A stretch of DNA of 64,000 bases from Tritonibacter litoralis (lineage in GTDB: Bacteria > Pseudomonadota > Alphaproteobacteria > Rhodobacterales > Rhodobacteraceae). This document shows positions 50,683 through 61,920 of the stretch, one piece after another. The stretch covers positions 311,191 to 375,190 of the forward strand of contig NZ_WIBF01000002.1 in assembly GCF_009496005.1 (NCBI RefSeq), written 5' to 3'. Positions within the stretch are counted from its first letter, which is position 1; each line of letters starts with the position of its first letter. The notes beneath the pieces are model-generated. The model was not told where the DNA came from. It did not search any database and saw only the letters and a list, made by a program, of their open reading frames with translations. A program made the translations under genes and the position numbers.

Positions 50683-51177
50683 ATGCGTATGGCTGAGGTA
50701 AAAGTGGGCATCATCATGGGGAGCCAATCAGATTGGCCCACAATGAAGGAGGCCGCCGCCATTCTTGACGAATTGAACGTCACCTATGAAGCAAAAATTG
50801 TTTCGGCGCATCGCACACCAGACCGGCTGTGGGACTACGGTAAATCTGCGGCAACGCGCGGTCTTCAGGTCATCATTGCCGGTGCCGGTGGTGCGGCACA
50901 TTTACCTGGTATGGTCGCCTCCAAGACCCGGGTTCCGGTTGTTGGTGTTCCCGTGCAAACACGCGCCTTGTCCGGCGTTGACAGCCTTTACTCCATTGTT
51001 CAGATGCCCAAAGGCTTTCCGGTTGCAACCATGGCAATCGGATCCGCCGGCGCAGCAAACGCTGGCTTGATGGCTGCCGGTATTCTGGCGCTGCAAGACG
51101 AAGCCCTTGCGGCGCGTCTTGATGCCTGGAGAGAGGCGCTGTCGGCCTCCATTCCCGAGGAGCCTTCTGATGACTAA
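50683..51177 (+). CDS. purE: 5-(carboxyamino)imidazole ribonucleotide mutase
   Basis: [11 protein letters not shown] and [10 protein letters not shown] motifs. Confidence 0.9.
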   Translation: MRMAEVKVGIIMGSQSDWPTMKEAAAILDELNVTYEAKIVSAHRTPDRLWDYGKSAATRGLQVIIAGAGGAAHLPGMVASKTRVPVVGVPVQTRALSGVDSLYSIVQMPKGFPVATMAIGSAGAANAGLMAAGILALQDEALAARLDAWREALSASIPEEPSDD

Positions 51178-52246
51178 CCCACTTCCAGCTGGTGCGCGCA
51201 TCGGCATTCTGGGCGGCGGACAATTGGGGCGCATGCTGTCGGTAGCGGCGGCGCGCCTTGGGTTTCAAACGCATATTTTTGACCCAAGCCTCACCCCACC
51301 GGCCGGACATGTGGCAGACCGCCACACCACGGCTGCCTATGAGGACGCCAAGGCTTTGAAGGCCTTTGCTGCCGATGTGGATGTCATCACTTACGAGTTT
51401 GAGAACATTCCCACTGAAGCCCTGGATATTTTGGAAACCATTCGTCCTATCCGCCCGGGCCGCGAAGCTTTGCGGGTGAGCCAGGACCGGTTGACAGAAA
51501 AGTCCTTTTTGCAGGGTCTAGGTCTGCGTACCGCGCCTTATGCAGATGTGACTGACATGGCCAGTTTGGAACAGGCGGTCGCGCAGATTGGGACCCCTGC
51601 GATTCTGAAGACACGTCGTTTCGGCTATGACGGAAAAGGCCAGGCTCGCATCAACACGGCAGAGGATGTGGCCAAAGCCATCGCCGACATGGCAGGTGCA
51701 CCTGCAATTTTGGAGGGGTTTGTCGATTTCAGCCACGAGATCTCTGTGATTGCCGCACGGGGCATGGATGGTCAGGTCGCCTGTTATGATCCCGGTGAGA
51801 ATGTGCACCGGGATGGCATTTTGCACACCACAACCGTGCCTGCTCGTCTCTCTGGCAGTCAACGCCTGGACGCCGTTTTGCTGGCCGGGCAGGTTCTGAA
51901 TGCGCTGGATTATGTCGGCGTCATGGGCGTTGAACTGTTCGTCACGAGCGACGGTTTGATCGTAAACGAAATTGCGCCGCGCGTTCACAACTCAGGCCAC
52001 TGGACCCAAAACGGCTGTACAGTAGATCAGTTTGAACAACACATCCGCGCCGTGGTTGGCTGGCCTCTGGGCGAAGGTGAACGCTTTGCGGATGTGGTCA
52101 TGGAAAATCTGATCGGCAGCGACATTGCGCGTGTCATGCAATTAAGCCAAGACAAACACACCGCCATTCACATGTACGGGAAATCCGAGGCGAAACCCGG
52201 TCGCAAGATGGGGCACATCAATCGGATTACCGCTCACAAGGCGTAA
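51170..52246 (+). CDS. purK: N5-carboxyaminoimidazole ribonucleotide synthase
   Basis: ATP-grasp protein, [15 protein letters not shown]. Overlaps purE by 8 nt. Confidence 0.9.
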   Translation: MTNPLPAGARIGILGGGQLGRMLSVAAARLGFQTHIFDPSLTPPAGHVADRHTTAAYEDAKALKAFAADVDVITYEFENIPTEALDILETIRPIRPGREALRVSQDRLTEKSFLQGLGLRTAPYADVTDMASLEQAVAQIGTPAILKTRRFGYDGKGQARINTAEDVAKAIADMAGAPAILEGFVDFSHEISVIAARGMDGQVACYDPGENVHRDGILHTTTVPARLSGSQRLDAVLLAGQVLNALDYVGVMGVELFVTSDGLIVNEIAPRVHNSGHWTQNGCTVDQFEQHIRAVVGWPLGEGERFADVVMENLIGSDIARVMQLSQDKHTAIHMYGKSEAKPGRKMGHINRITAHKA

Positions 52247-52724
52247 CCATAACGGCGGCGGCGCCCACTTCGGGCGCCGCTGGGGTTCTGCCCCGTTCGG
52301 GCTCTGTGAGCCCTCTTCCCCCGGAGTATTTTAGAAAAGGTGAAGAACAGGTATCGGCTCGTCAGGGCTTGGCCAGAGTATTTTTGACCAGCGGTCCTAA
52401 AATTCACAATGCACCTTGCTTTGAGCATGGCCTGAGCGAGCATATTTACCGACTTTGTAGAGCATCTGCGCCGAAGCAATTGCGTGGGTCGTCTTTTGAC
52501 AAGCTCTTCGATTAGGCCAGATGAATTGTGCATCGGTGTTAAGTCACTATAGTCCTGCTGTTAACCTGTCCCCCCCCGAAGGCAACCACGCCACGCGGGA
52601 TCCTCAGGCTCGCGAAACCGGATGTGACGGTCTCGGAAAAGGACCCAACGGGGTCTTTTCCGCGCCGCGCTGACGGCCCGCTTGGCCTTGGCCAAGGGGT
52701 GCCCGAAGCGGGGCGCTCCCTGTG

Positions 52725-53876
52725 TTAGCCCAGAAATCTGTTTGCAATATCGCCCGCCAAATAGCTGACACGGCCGCCTGAAATCGTGGCGGCCACTTGG
52801 TTGTCTTTGGCGTTCAGAATTACGAGGTCCGCCCGAAGACCTGTGCAAATTTCCCCCCTGTCGCGCAGCCCCAGCACCTGTGCAGACCCGCTTGAGACCA
52901 GCGCCCAAGCCGACTTAAGATCCAAGACCGACTGGCGCACCAGCATCAAGGCCGCGCGTCTTGGGCTGGGGTAGTGGTAGTCGGAGGCCAAAGCATCACA
53001 AAGCCCTTGTTCGATCAGCTCTTTGGCAGAGACATTGCCGTTATGCGATCCCCCGCGCACCACATTGGGTGCGCCAAGAATGATGTGATCTCCGCCATCC
53101 CGCGCGGCCTGTGCCGCCTCCAGTGTCTCTGGGAACTCGCTGATCGCGGCACCTCGCGCGCGCCAGACCGCCCGCCCCGCGCTGGTTTGGTCGTCATGCG
53201 ACCCCATTTTGACTCCCATCTTGGCAAGCTCGCCGCAAAGCGCATCCAGCGCCGCTGGCACTTCATCGCGACGCCGGTGCATCTCTTGCATCATCGCCAG
53301 ATGCACCTCCGGATTTCTGGCAGCCTTTAGCGCTTGCCCAACCAGTCGTGGTGGTTTTTTCCCCGCCGCCAGCTTTGAGTGTGGAAGGTGGTCATTAAAG
53401 ACAATGTACGGCAGCGCAAATTTGCGGATCTTGTCCGGCAGTCCGGCGTAATCATCCAACATATGAGTTTCAAACCGCAGCTGTGGCATCAAATCCGTCA
53501 CGGTCTTGTCTTGCACAGCTGTCATCGCAGCAAACACACGTTCCGCATATTCCGGAGCACGCAAGCCACCTTCCCAGCTGTGAAACTGCGCCAGGACTGC
53601 GGTTGAGATCCCATTGGCCGCAAGCTCTGCCTCGGCTGCCAAAACGCCCTCGTCCATCTCGTTCATAGCGCCACGCCGCGGGGCCAGATGGCGTTCAAAC
53701 CCATCACCATGCAGATCGATTATGCCAGGAAGGACAAGATATCCCGACAGGTCAACCTGCCGGTCAGCCGGGCTGTCCGACAAAATGCCCTGTGTCAGGG
53801 TCACACTTCCACGCGCCTCAATACCATCCGGTCGCAGCACATCCGCACCCGTCAGGGTGACCTCCAGACTTGTCAT
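52725..53876 (-). CDS. PhnM-like amidohydrolase (alpha-D-ribose 1-methylphosphonate 5-triphosphate diphosphatase family), stand-alone
   Basis: Amidohydrolase HxH (DLHGDGFERH) and colinearity with PhnM. No other phn genes in this window. Confidence 0.6.
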   Translation of the reverse strand: MTSLEVTLTGADVLRPDGIEARGSVTLTQGILSDSPADRQVDLSGYLVLPGIIDLHGDGFERHLAPRRGAMNEMDEGVLAAEAELAANGISTAVLAQFHSWEGGLRAPEYAERVFAAMTAVQDKTVTDLMPQLRFETHMLDDYAGLPDKIRKFALPYIVFNDHLPHSKLAAGKKPPRLVGQALKAARNPEVHLAMMQEMHRRRDEVPAALDALCGELAKMGVKMGSHDDQTSAGRAVWRARGAAISEFPETLEAAQAARDGGDHIILGAPNVVRGGSHNGNVSAKELIEQGLCDALASDYHYPSPRRAALMLVRQSVLDLKSAWALVSSGSAQVLGLRDRGEICTGLRADLVILNAKDNQVAATISGGRVSYLAGDIANRFLG

Positions 53877-53948
53877 CGCGATGCCTTTTTGGGTTTTCCT
53901 TCACCAGTGCGCCGCTCTTGCCCGCGAGCGCTGCAAAAGTCAAACCAC

Positions 53949-54833
53949 TCAGCGTGCCGCGCGGTTGGCGCCACCTTCCGCGACCCGCTTTGCTGCGGGT
54001 TTCGGTGCCAGGGCGACAACGGCAATGCCACCAAGGATCAAAACCGTGCCGATCACCAAGGCCAGTCCGATGGCCTCCCCCAGGAACAACGCCCCGCCCA
54101 GGATCGCAATGATTGGCACCAACAGCTGCACCGTCGCCGCCACCGGGGCCGTCAGCAAAGGCAGGATCGCATACCACAAAGCATACCCCAGACCAGAGGT
54201 CACAGCCCCTGAGACCACTGCCAACACAACACCTGGCGCAGAAATCACATGTGCCCCGCCTGTGATCAGGAAGATCGGCAGCACAAGCGCAGTGGCCCAT
54301 ACAAAGTTCAACGCCGTTGACACAACGGGCAGTTTCACGCCACGTCCAAGCAGGGAGTAAATGCCCCAGCCCAGACCGCTTAACCCCATCAGAAAAGACG
54401 CCCACAGATCCACGGAGACGCCGTCGCGAGGCCAGACCACATAGGCAAGACCAACCAAGGCCATGCCTGCCCCGGCAATTTGAAGCCCGCCAGGACGTTG
54501 ATTTGTCACAGCCCCCCAGGCGAACATCGTGATCTGAACAACGGCAAATAGCACCAGCGCGCCAAGACCCGCATCAAGGTCTTTATAGGCGAGCGCAAAC
54601 CCGACCATATAAAGCGTCAAGGACGCGCCGCCCCACAGACTGGTCTTCCAGGGCTGGCGCAAAGGCAACCCGCGCATCACACAGAGCGCCACCAGCATCG
54701 CAGCCCCGGATCCAAGGCGGAGCAAGCCAAAGCTCGTGGCATCAATATAGGCGTTGCCGATGGCCGCGCGGCCCAGAACCGAATTGGCCGCAAAGGCGAC
54801 AAGGGTGAGGCAAAGAAGAATGAACAGACGCAT
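53949..54833 (-). CDS. DMT/EamA family transporter
   Basis: 10-TM protein with duplicated EamA-like halves. Confidence 0.7.
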   Translation of the reverse strand: MRLFILLCLTLVAFAANSVLGRAAIGNAYIDATSFGLLRLGSGAAMLVALCVMRGLPLRQPWKTSLWGGASLTLYMVGFALAYKDLDAGLGALVLFAVVQITMFAWGAVTNQRPGGLQIAGAGMALVGLAYVVWPRDGVSVDLWASFLMGLSGLGWGIYSLLGRGVKLPVVSTALNFVWATALVLPIFLITGGAHVISAPGVVLAVVSGAVTSGLGYALWYAILPLLTAPVAATVQLLVPIIAILGGALFLGEAIGLALVIGTVLILGGIAVVALAPKPAAKRVAEGGANRAAR

Positions 54834-54910
54834 AGGACCTGCATAACCCCGTCCGCGTGACCGAACTATGGGAAAACGGCTTGGATCACGGAAATTGCGT
54901 CACAAAACCG

Positions 54911-55786
54911 TCAGTGCCGCGACACAGAATGCGCTGTCAGAAATGGCACGATTTCTCGCTCTAATAGGCTTCGCAACGCGCCAATACGACCGGTATCAGA
55001 GCGCCCAGGCTGGCTTAAGATCCAAAGGCCAAACGGTGGAAGCTCAGCTCCTGCCAAAGGAACCAATGCGCGGTCCTGATGAGCGACGAAATCCGGCAGC
55101 AATCCAATCCCCTGCCCCGATTTGACCGCCGCCGCCACCATCGCCAAATTCTGGCAACTGACTCGGCGCGTTTGCCCCAGTTCCGGCCAGACAAGATCAG
55201 GAACCGCCAGTTGCGGATTGTCCACGGTAAAATGGCAGGGAGGAACGTCTGTAACACTGTTCAGCAAGCGCTTGTGAACAAACAGACGAAAGGTCACCTG
55301 TCCAACCTCGTGCCCTTCCACGCCCGGTTTTCGTGGTCCTTTGCCCAGGCAAAGCGTCAAATCGTTTCCCTTGGTCGATTGATCCAAAACGCTGACAGCA
55401 TTGCGCAGCTTCATGGGTTGCGACGGGATCTCGCGGTGGATGCGGTACCAAACCGGCAGCAGAAGATGTTCAAAAAACAGTTCCGGGCAGCTCAATACAA
55501 TGGGTCGGCTGCTGCCGCGCAATGTCGGGCGGCTGCCACGTTGTACCAGATCCGCAATGCTGCGGGCCCGATGCGCCAGATCTTTTCCCTTTGTCGTCAA
55601 CACCCAATTGGGACCAGTCCGATTGACCAAAACCGAGCCAATACGCGCCTCCAGCATATCAATCCGCTGGGCAACGTCTGTCTGGCTGAGCCCCAAGGCA
55701 TCCGCTGCAGCAAAGGCGGACTGCGCCTCCCCCACTGCCAGCAAAACCGCCAGGTCTCGCCAAATATCTGGCTCTGGCCTTTCCAT
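54911..55786 (-). CDS. LysR family transcriptional regulator
   Basis: N-terminal HTH (SQSAFAAADALGLSQTDVAQRIDMLEARIG) plus a LysR substrate-binding domain. Confidence 0.8.
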   Translation of the reverse strand: MERPEPDIWRDLAVLLAVGEAQSAFAAADALGLSQTDVAQRIDMLEARIGSVLVNRTGPNWVLTTKGKDLAHRARSIADLVQRGSRPTLRGSSRPIVLSCPELFFEHLLLPVWYRIHREIPSQPMKLRNAVSVLDQSTKGNDLTLCLGKGPRKPGVEGHEVGQVTFRLFVHKRLLNSVTDVPPCHFTVDNPQLAVPDLVWPELGQTRRVSCQNLAMVAAAVKSGQGIGLLPDFVAHQDRALVPLAGAELPPFGLWILSQPGRSDTGRIGALRSLLEREIVPFLTAHSVSRH

Positions 55787-55998
55787 ACTCTTTAAAGCCT
55801 ACTGTTAGACCATTTAAACTGCCAAGGGTGGCATCAGCATTCTACTGTTTTATGATGCACAGTTTGTGATAACACACCATCGCCACTGAGGAAGTGCCTT
55901 CCTAAAGGTGTAGTGGACGCGCAACATATGCGCCTGTGCCCATGTCGTTCTTTTGACGTCAGTGTCTCCCTCGCTAGTCCCCTAAGTCAGGCAGAACG

Positions 55999-56316
55999 TC
56001 ATGTTTCGGTTTGATCCATCAGATATTGGGTCAGTGCCTGTTGCACGACATATGCTGGGGATGACCCCCAAGCCGTTGCCAGCCCCTCCACCTGACGCCG
56101 CAATGGGCGCGGCAATTGCAAAGGTAAACCGCTGCCCTCTGCGATGACCGCTCCATGGTCGGCAACACCCCGCGCAAGTTCGGCGACCAGGATCTGGCGC
56201 AACCGATCTGCCAAGGAGCCTCGGCGACCTGTCCTTTGCACGGCCTCTCGCAGGGCATGTCTTTGAGTTGCCGTAAGCGGCACCATCAAACGACGTCTTG
56301 GATCTTTGCGTGACAT
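55999..56316 (-). CDS. hypothetical Arg-rich protein, possibly ribbon-helix-helix DNA-binding
   Basis: TATQRHALREAVQRTGRRGSLADRLRQIL resembles RHH/CopG-like N-termini. Weak. Confidence 0.3.
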   Translation of the reverse strand: MSRKDPRRRLMVPLTATQRHALREAVQRTGRRGSLADRLRQILVAELARGVADHGAVIAEGSGLPLQLPRPLRRQVEGLATAWGSSPAYVVQQALTQYLMDQTET

Positions 56317-56408
56317 AAAAACACCTCATAGGATGACAACGCCCGACGACACTAAAAAAGGGCCGCCAAATTGGCGACCCTTCTGAACATCCAGATGGAT
56401 GGCGTGAC

Positions 56409-58088
<1,680 letters not shown>

Positions 58089-58115
58089 TCAGGGGATCAG
58101 AACAAGCGCGGTCGC

Positions 58116-58403
58116 TTATTCGATGATGCCCATGATGTCGCTTTCTTTCATCATCAGCAGCTCTTCGCCGTCGACGGTGACCTCGGTGCCGGACCATTTG
58201 CCGAACAGGATCTTGTCGCCTGCGGATACAGCCATCGGGATCAGCTCGCCGCTGTCCTTGCGTGCGCCTTCGCCGGTCGCAACAACAGAACCTTCAGAAG
58301 GTTTTTCTTTTGCGGAATCAGGGATGATCAGGCCACCAGCGGTTTTTTCTTCGCTTTCAAGGCGACGAACCAGAACGCGGTCGTGAAGCGGTTTCAATGC
58401 CAT
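58116..58403 (-). CDS. groS: co-chaperonin GroES
   Basis: [14 protein letters not shown]...canonical GroES. Confidence 0.9.
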   Translation of the reverse strand: MALKPLHDRVLVRRLESEEKTAGGLIIPDSAKEKPSEGSVVATGEGARKDSGELIPMAVSAGDKILFGKWSGTEVTVDGEELLMMKESDIMGIIE

Positions 58404-58480
58404 CTTTGCAGCTCCTTAAGCTCAAAGTTTGTTTCTCTAACACCCGTGCCATCCTTCTTGGAAGCAACGAGCACGGATCA

Positions 58481-58507
58481 TTATCACTCACATCAGCTGA
58501 GTGATAA
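58481..58507 (-). promoter_or_regulatory. CIRCE-like HrcA operator variant TTATCACTC-N9-GAGTGATAA upstream of groES
   Basis: Perfect 9-bp inverted repeat with a 9-nt spacer. Differs from consensus TTAGCACTC-N9-GAGTGCTAA at one position per arm (G to T, mirrored C to A). Flanked by outer cgtgcc...ggcacg repeats. Confidence 0.7.
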
Positions 58508-58743
58508 CGGCACGGAAGCTATGGCGCGTGCTTGTCTCTGTCAACGGGGGGAACGCGAAATCTCTATGTCTTTTTTTACAAGACCTTTTGGCAACAGATA
58601 CCTTGGCATCCTTGCAAGATAGCGGAATTGGCGGCCGGCCACATGGCTAAGCGTTCCCACAGCAATCCGCGATCGCGTCCTGCAATGCCAAAGAGGGTTT
58701 TGGCCCTTTCTCTTTCGTTGGATGAAGCGGCGGCTTTTGCTGA

Positions 58744-59409
58744 CTATGTCTCGCTATATGCCCAATCTGCCAAACCTTGACGCCCCGCGTCCGTCAAGCT
58801 GTAGACGCCAATTGTTACGCGTTCAAACCAGCCATAGTGATTTTTAGCCATGATTTGCGTGGCTTTGGGGACGTTGGCACCCTGTGCAACCACCGACCCT
58901 TTACTGGCACCATGCTCCGCAAGATAGGTTGCGCAGGCCAAAGCATCCTGGCGGTAGGCGGTCACAATGCCATGCCGGGTGGCCCCGCCCTGGTTTGGGT
59001 CCCCGCGCAGTCGGTCAAATTCCCGCAAAAGCCGTGCTTGTTTCACCTTGGATTTTCGAGGGGCATATGGGCCCGGGTCACAATGGACCTCTGCCCGCCC
59101 ATCTGCGCGCACAGTGATCAGCCCCAATCCCAACCGGCGACACAAAGACAGATTATCCCGCAATTGCCGACGGGCCTGTCGGCCGCCGGGACGTGGCACT
59201 GCAATATAGACCAGATCCGTCACCGTTAGCCGCGCAATAGCTTGGTGAAACAACGACAGCGAAAACCGCAGCTTAAGCTCAACCACAACCGGCGGATCAT
59301 CTCCCCGTCGTGCCACAACATCAGCAGCCCCGACTTCGCCCTTCACCTCATAGCCTTGGCGCTCCAGGAGATCTTTGATCGGAGTATAAAGTTGATCTTC
59401 ACGGTTCAT
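58744..59409 (-). CDS. conserved hypothetical protein (DUF2161-like)
   Basis: MNREDQLYTPIKDLLERQGYEVKGEVGAADVVA.. then LGLGLITVR. Family call from memory. ATG at 59407-59409. Confidence 0.45.
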   Translation of the reverse strand: MNREDQLYTPIKDLLERQGYEVKGEVGAADVVARRGDDPPVVVELKLRFSLSLFHQAIARLTVTDLVYIAVPRPGGRQARRQLRDNLSLCRRLGLGLITVRADGRAEVHCDPGPYAPRKSKVKQARLLREFDRLRGDPNQGGATRHGIVTAYRQDALACATYLAEHGASKGSVVAQGANVPKATQIMAKNHYGWFERVTIGVYSLTDAGRQGLADWAYSET

Positions 59410-59510
59410 GGGCGATGATTGGCAGGTTGAATAGATCGTGACAAGCCTATCTGCTGGTGCCCCTTGCAAATCCGTAGCATTGGCCGTTAGCTCAAAGAAC
59501 ACGATGAGCT

Positions 59511-60506
59511 GTGAGACTGCGTATGAAACGATTCCTCTTGGGTTTGGCAATTGCTTTACAAAGCACCGCCGCGATTGCCGCCTGCAAAGGGGTGGATTAC
59601 CGCGACCATTTACCAGCCTCAGTGGCGACCAGGCTTGAACAGCAGATGGCTAAAACGCCGTTTGCTGTGGGCAATCACTGGGTCGCGCGCAAAGGGGAAA
59701 AGACGCTGCATATCGTCGGCACAATGCACAGCGGCGACCGGCGCATGGCCGAGGTAATGCGCAATCTTCGCCCCACCATTGCAGCGGCGGATGCGGTGTA
59801 TTTTGAGGTCACGGCACGCGAAGTCACGGCGTTTCGCGAAGATTTCATCAAGAACCGAGCAGCGTTTTTACTGCCCAATCAGGCGACCCTGAAACAGGTG
59901 ATGTCAAAAACGGGCTGGGAGCAGTTTCGCGATTTTGCCAGCGTGACCGGGCTGAACCTCAAGGCCGTGGAACGGCTGCAACCCTGGGCCATCAGCACGT
60001 TCTTGGTCCAAAACGGCTGTCGGCCAACCGGCATTGGCGTGCGTCGTGGGTTGGATGACCGGATTGAAAAATTCGCGATCCGCAAAAAAATCCCAATTGG
60101 CGCTTTGGAAAGCGTCGAAACCAGCTTGCAGGCCATGGCCCGGATCCCGGTGCGGGATCAGGCAAAAATCTTGGAGAACGACATCGCCTTGCTGATGTCT
60201 GACCGACCCGATGACGCCACCGCAACCGAGGCTTATTTTGACGAAAGCGTCTGGCAGGCCTTCCTACTGCTGCCGTGGATCACGCAACAATATGTCGACC
60301 GGTCTCCACGGGAACTGCAGCGCCTGAACACTGTCTTCAACGAAAGCCTGCTGGGTTGGAGAAACCGCAAATGGATGCGGCCTTTGCTGAACGTACAGGG
60401 CGATACGGTCGTGGTCGCCGTCGGCAGCGCTCATCTGCCCGGCAAAAGCGGCATTTTGAACCTGTTAAAACAAAACGGTTACACGTTGGAACGGGCAGCT
60501 TTCTAA
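59511..60506 (+). CDS. TraB/GumN family protein (secreted)
   Basis: Signal peptide, GNHW..RKG, HIVGTMH and VGSAHLPG motifs. Confidence 0.65.
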   Translation: MRLRMKRFLLGLAIALQSTAAIAACKGVDYRDHLPASVATRLEQQMAKTPFAVGNHWVARKGEKTLHIVGTMHSGDRRMAEVMRNLRPTIAAADAVYFEVTAREVTAFREDFIKNRAAFLLPNQATLKQVMSKTGWEQFRDFASVTGLNLKAVERLQPWAISTFLVQNGCRPTGIGVRRGLDDRIEKFAIRKKIPIGALESVETSLQAMARIPVRDQAKILENDIALLMSDRPDDATATEAYFDESVWQAFLLLPWITQQYVDRSPRELQRLNTVFNESLLGWRNRKWMRPLLNVQGDTVVVAVGSAHLPGKSGILNLLKQNGYTLERAAF

Positions 60507-60536
60507 GAAGCCCCGCGTTCACAAAGGTACATCTGA

Positions 60537-61532
60537 ATGAAACGACTGCTCGCCGCTCTTCTGCCCTTGGTCCTCGCTCCGGCAATGGGGTGGGCTGCGT
60601 GTTCTGGACAGGACCTGCGAAAAGACCTTTCGGCTGAGGCGCAGCAGGAGATCGCCCAACGCATGGATCATGTCCCATTTGCCGAGGGCAATCACTGGAT
60701 CGCAAAGCGCGGGGACCGGCAGATCCATTTGATCGGCACGGTCCATATCTCCTCCGACAAGCTGCAGCGCATCACGCAAAACCTTGGACCGGTTATTGAC
60801 TCGGCAGACGTCCTGCTCTTGGAAAGCACGCCGCAAGAGATTGCGGATATGCAAACCGCGCTGGTCAAAGACCCCAGTCTGACGTTTATTACCGAAGGCC
60901 CCACCTTGATTGACCGTCTGCCTGCTGGAGATTGGGCCATCCTGTCTCAAAAAGCGAGCGAGGCAGGCATACCATCCTGGATGGCCGCCAAAATGCGCCC
61001 TTGGTTCCTGGCAACCGCCCTGTCCCTGCCCCCATGCTTGCGCGCGGATCCTGAGGTTGAATATGGTCTCGACAAACGTTTGGCTGCCATGGCTCAGGCT
61101 TCAGAAGTGCCGACACAGTCGCTTGAAAACCCACTGGATGTGATCCGCATGTTGGACCGCGATCCCATTGATGAGCAACTGCGCCAGATGCGCCCTTACA
61201 TCGCGCTCATCGGCGGCAGCGAAAGCGGCGAAGACGGTATCGCAACAATGCTTGCCGCCTATTTTGAGGAACGTGTCGCCGAATATCTTGAGATCACTCG
61301 GCTTGAATTTCTGTCTGGTGCATCGATGCCCACAAAAGAGGCCGAGACGATTTGGAACGATTTTATGGGCCGCCTTCTGAAAGAGCGCAACACCGCTTGG
61401 ATGCCGGTCATTGAAGCGCAAACAGCCGATCACATGGTCATTGCTGTCGGAGCATTGCACCTGCCGGGCAAACACGGGTTGTTACAGCTGCTGTCGGATA
61501 CCGGCTATAAAATCGAGCGCGCGGCGTTCTAG
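60537..61532 (+). CDS. TraB/GumN family protein (secreted), tandem paralog
   Basis: Same length (331 aa). Motifs GNHW..KRG, HLIGTVH, VGALHLPG. Identical C-terminal ERAAF. Confidence 0.65.
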   Translation: MKRLLAALLPLVLAPAMGWAACSGQDLRKDLSAEAQQEIAQRMDHVPFAEGNHWIAKRGDRQIHLIGTVHISSDKLQRITQNLGPVIDSADVLLLESTPQEIADMQTALVKDPSLTFITEGPTLIDRLPAGDWAILSQKASEAGIPSWMAAKMRPWFLATALSLPPCLRADPEVEYGLDKRLAAMAQASEVPTQSLENPLDVIRMLDRDPIDEQLRQMRPYIALIGGSESGEDGIATMLAAYFEERVAEYLEITRLEFLSGASMPTKEAETIWNDFMGRLLKERNTAWMPVIEAQTADHMVIAVGALHLPGKHGLLQLLSDTGYKIERAAF

Positions 61533-61671
61533 GTCTCATTTTTAGCGACTGTTCGTGCACCGCTTTTTTTGAAACCAAGAGCGGCATTTGCCCCATGACC
61601 GAACACACAACGTTCTATAGCCACAAAGATCTGTGATGTATAAGTTTTGGGAGTACCACGTCTGGTGTTAA

Positions 61672-61758
61672 ATGGTGCGGTCGAGAAGACTCGAACTTCC
61701 ACGGGAGTTACCCCACAGCGACCTCAACGCTGCGCGTCTACCAATTCCGCCACGACCG
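61672..61758 (-). tRNA. tRNA-Leu (anticodon GAG), 87 nt, class II with long variable arm
   Basis: Hand-folded from the reverse complement. Acceptor stem GCGGTCG/CGACCGC plus ACCA. D-arm identical to E. coli tRNA-Leu (TGGCGGAATTGGTAGACGCGC). Anticodon stem CAGCG/CGCTG with loop TTGAGGT. Variable arm TGGGGTAACTCCCG. T-arm GGAAG-TTCGAGT-CTTCT. Confidence 0.85.
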
Positions 61759-61920
61759 CACTGCCAATGACTTGGTGAGGGGCGATATAGACCAGCTCTA
61801 TGGGCTTGAAAAGAGGCAAAACACGGTTTGCGTAAGAATTTGCCTGGGACTGACGTCTGAACAAATCAACCCCGCCTGATGGGCGGGGCTGAGTTAACTG
61901 TGATCCACCCACAGGTGGTA

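Noticed and set aside
52306-52515. 69-aa ORF in the low-GC spacer after purK
   Set aside because: Poor coding appearance, no RBS, and it lies in a region better explained as non-coding.
52590-52700. Possible SRP (4.5S) RNA or 6S RNA in the purK/phnM-like convergent spacer
   Set aside because: The conserved SRP domain IV motif (AGGUCCGGAAGGAAGCAGC-like) is not present on either strand. Only generic hairpins remain, kept as a low-interest finding.
61533-61920. tRNA-Leu flanks examined for integrase, direct repeats of the tRNA 3' end, or other island hallmarks
   Set aside because: No integrase or transposase ORF and no repeat of the tRNA 3' end anywhere in the window. There is only a terminator hairpin (ccccgcctgatgggcgggg) for the downstream gene.
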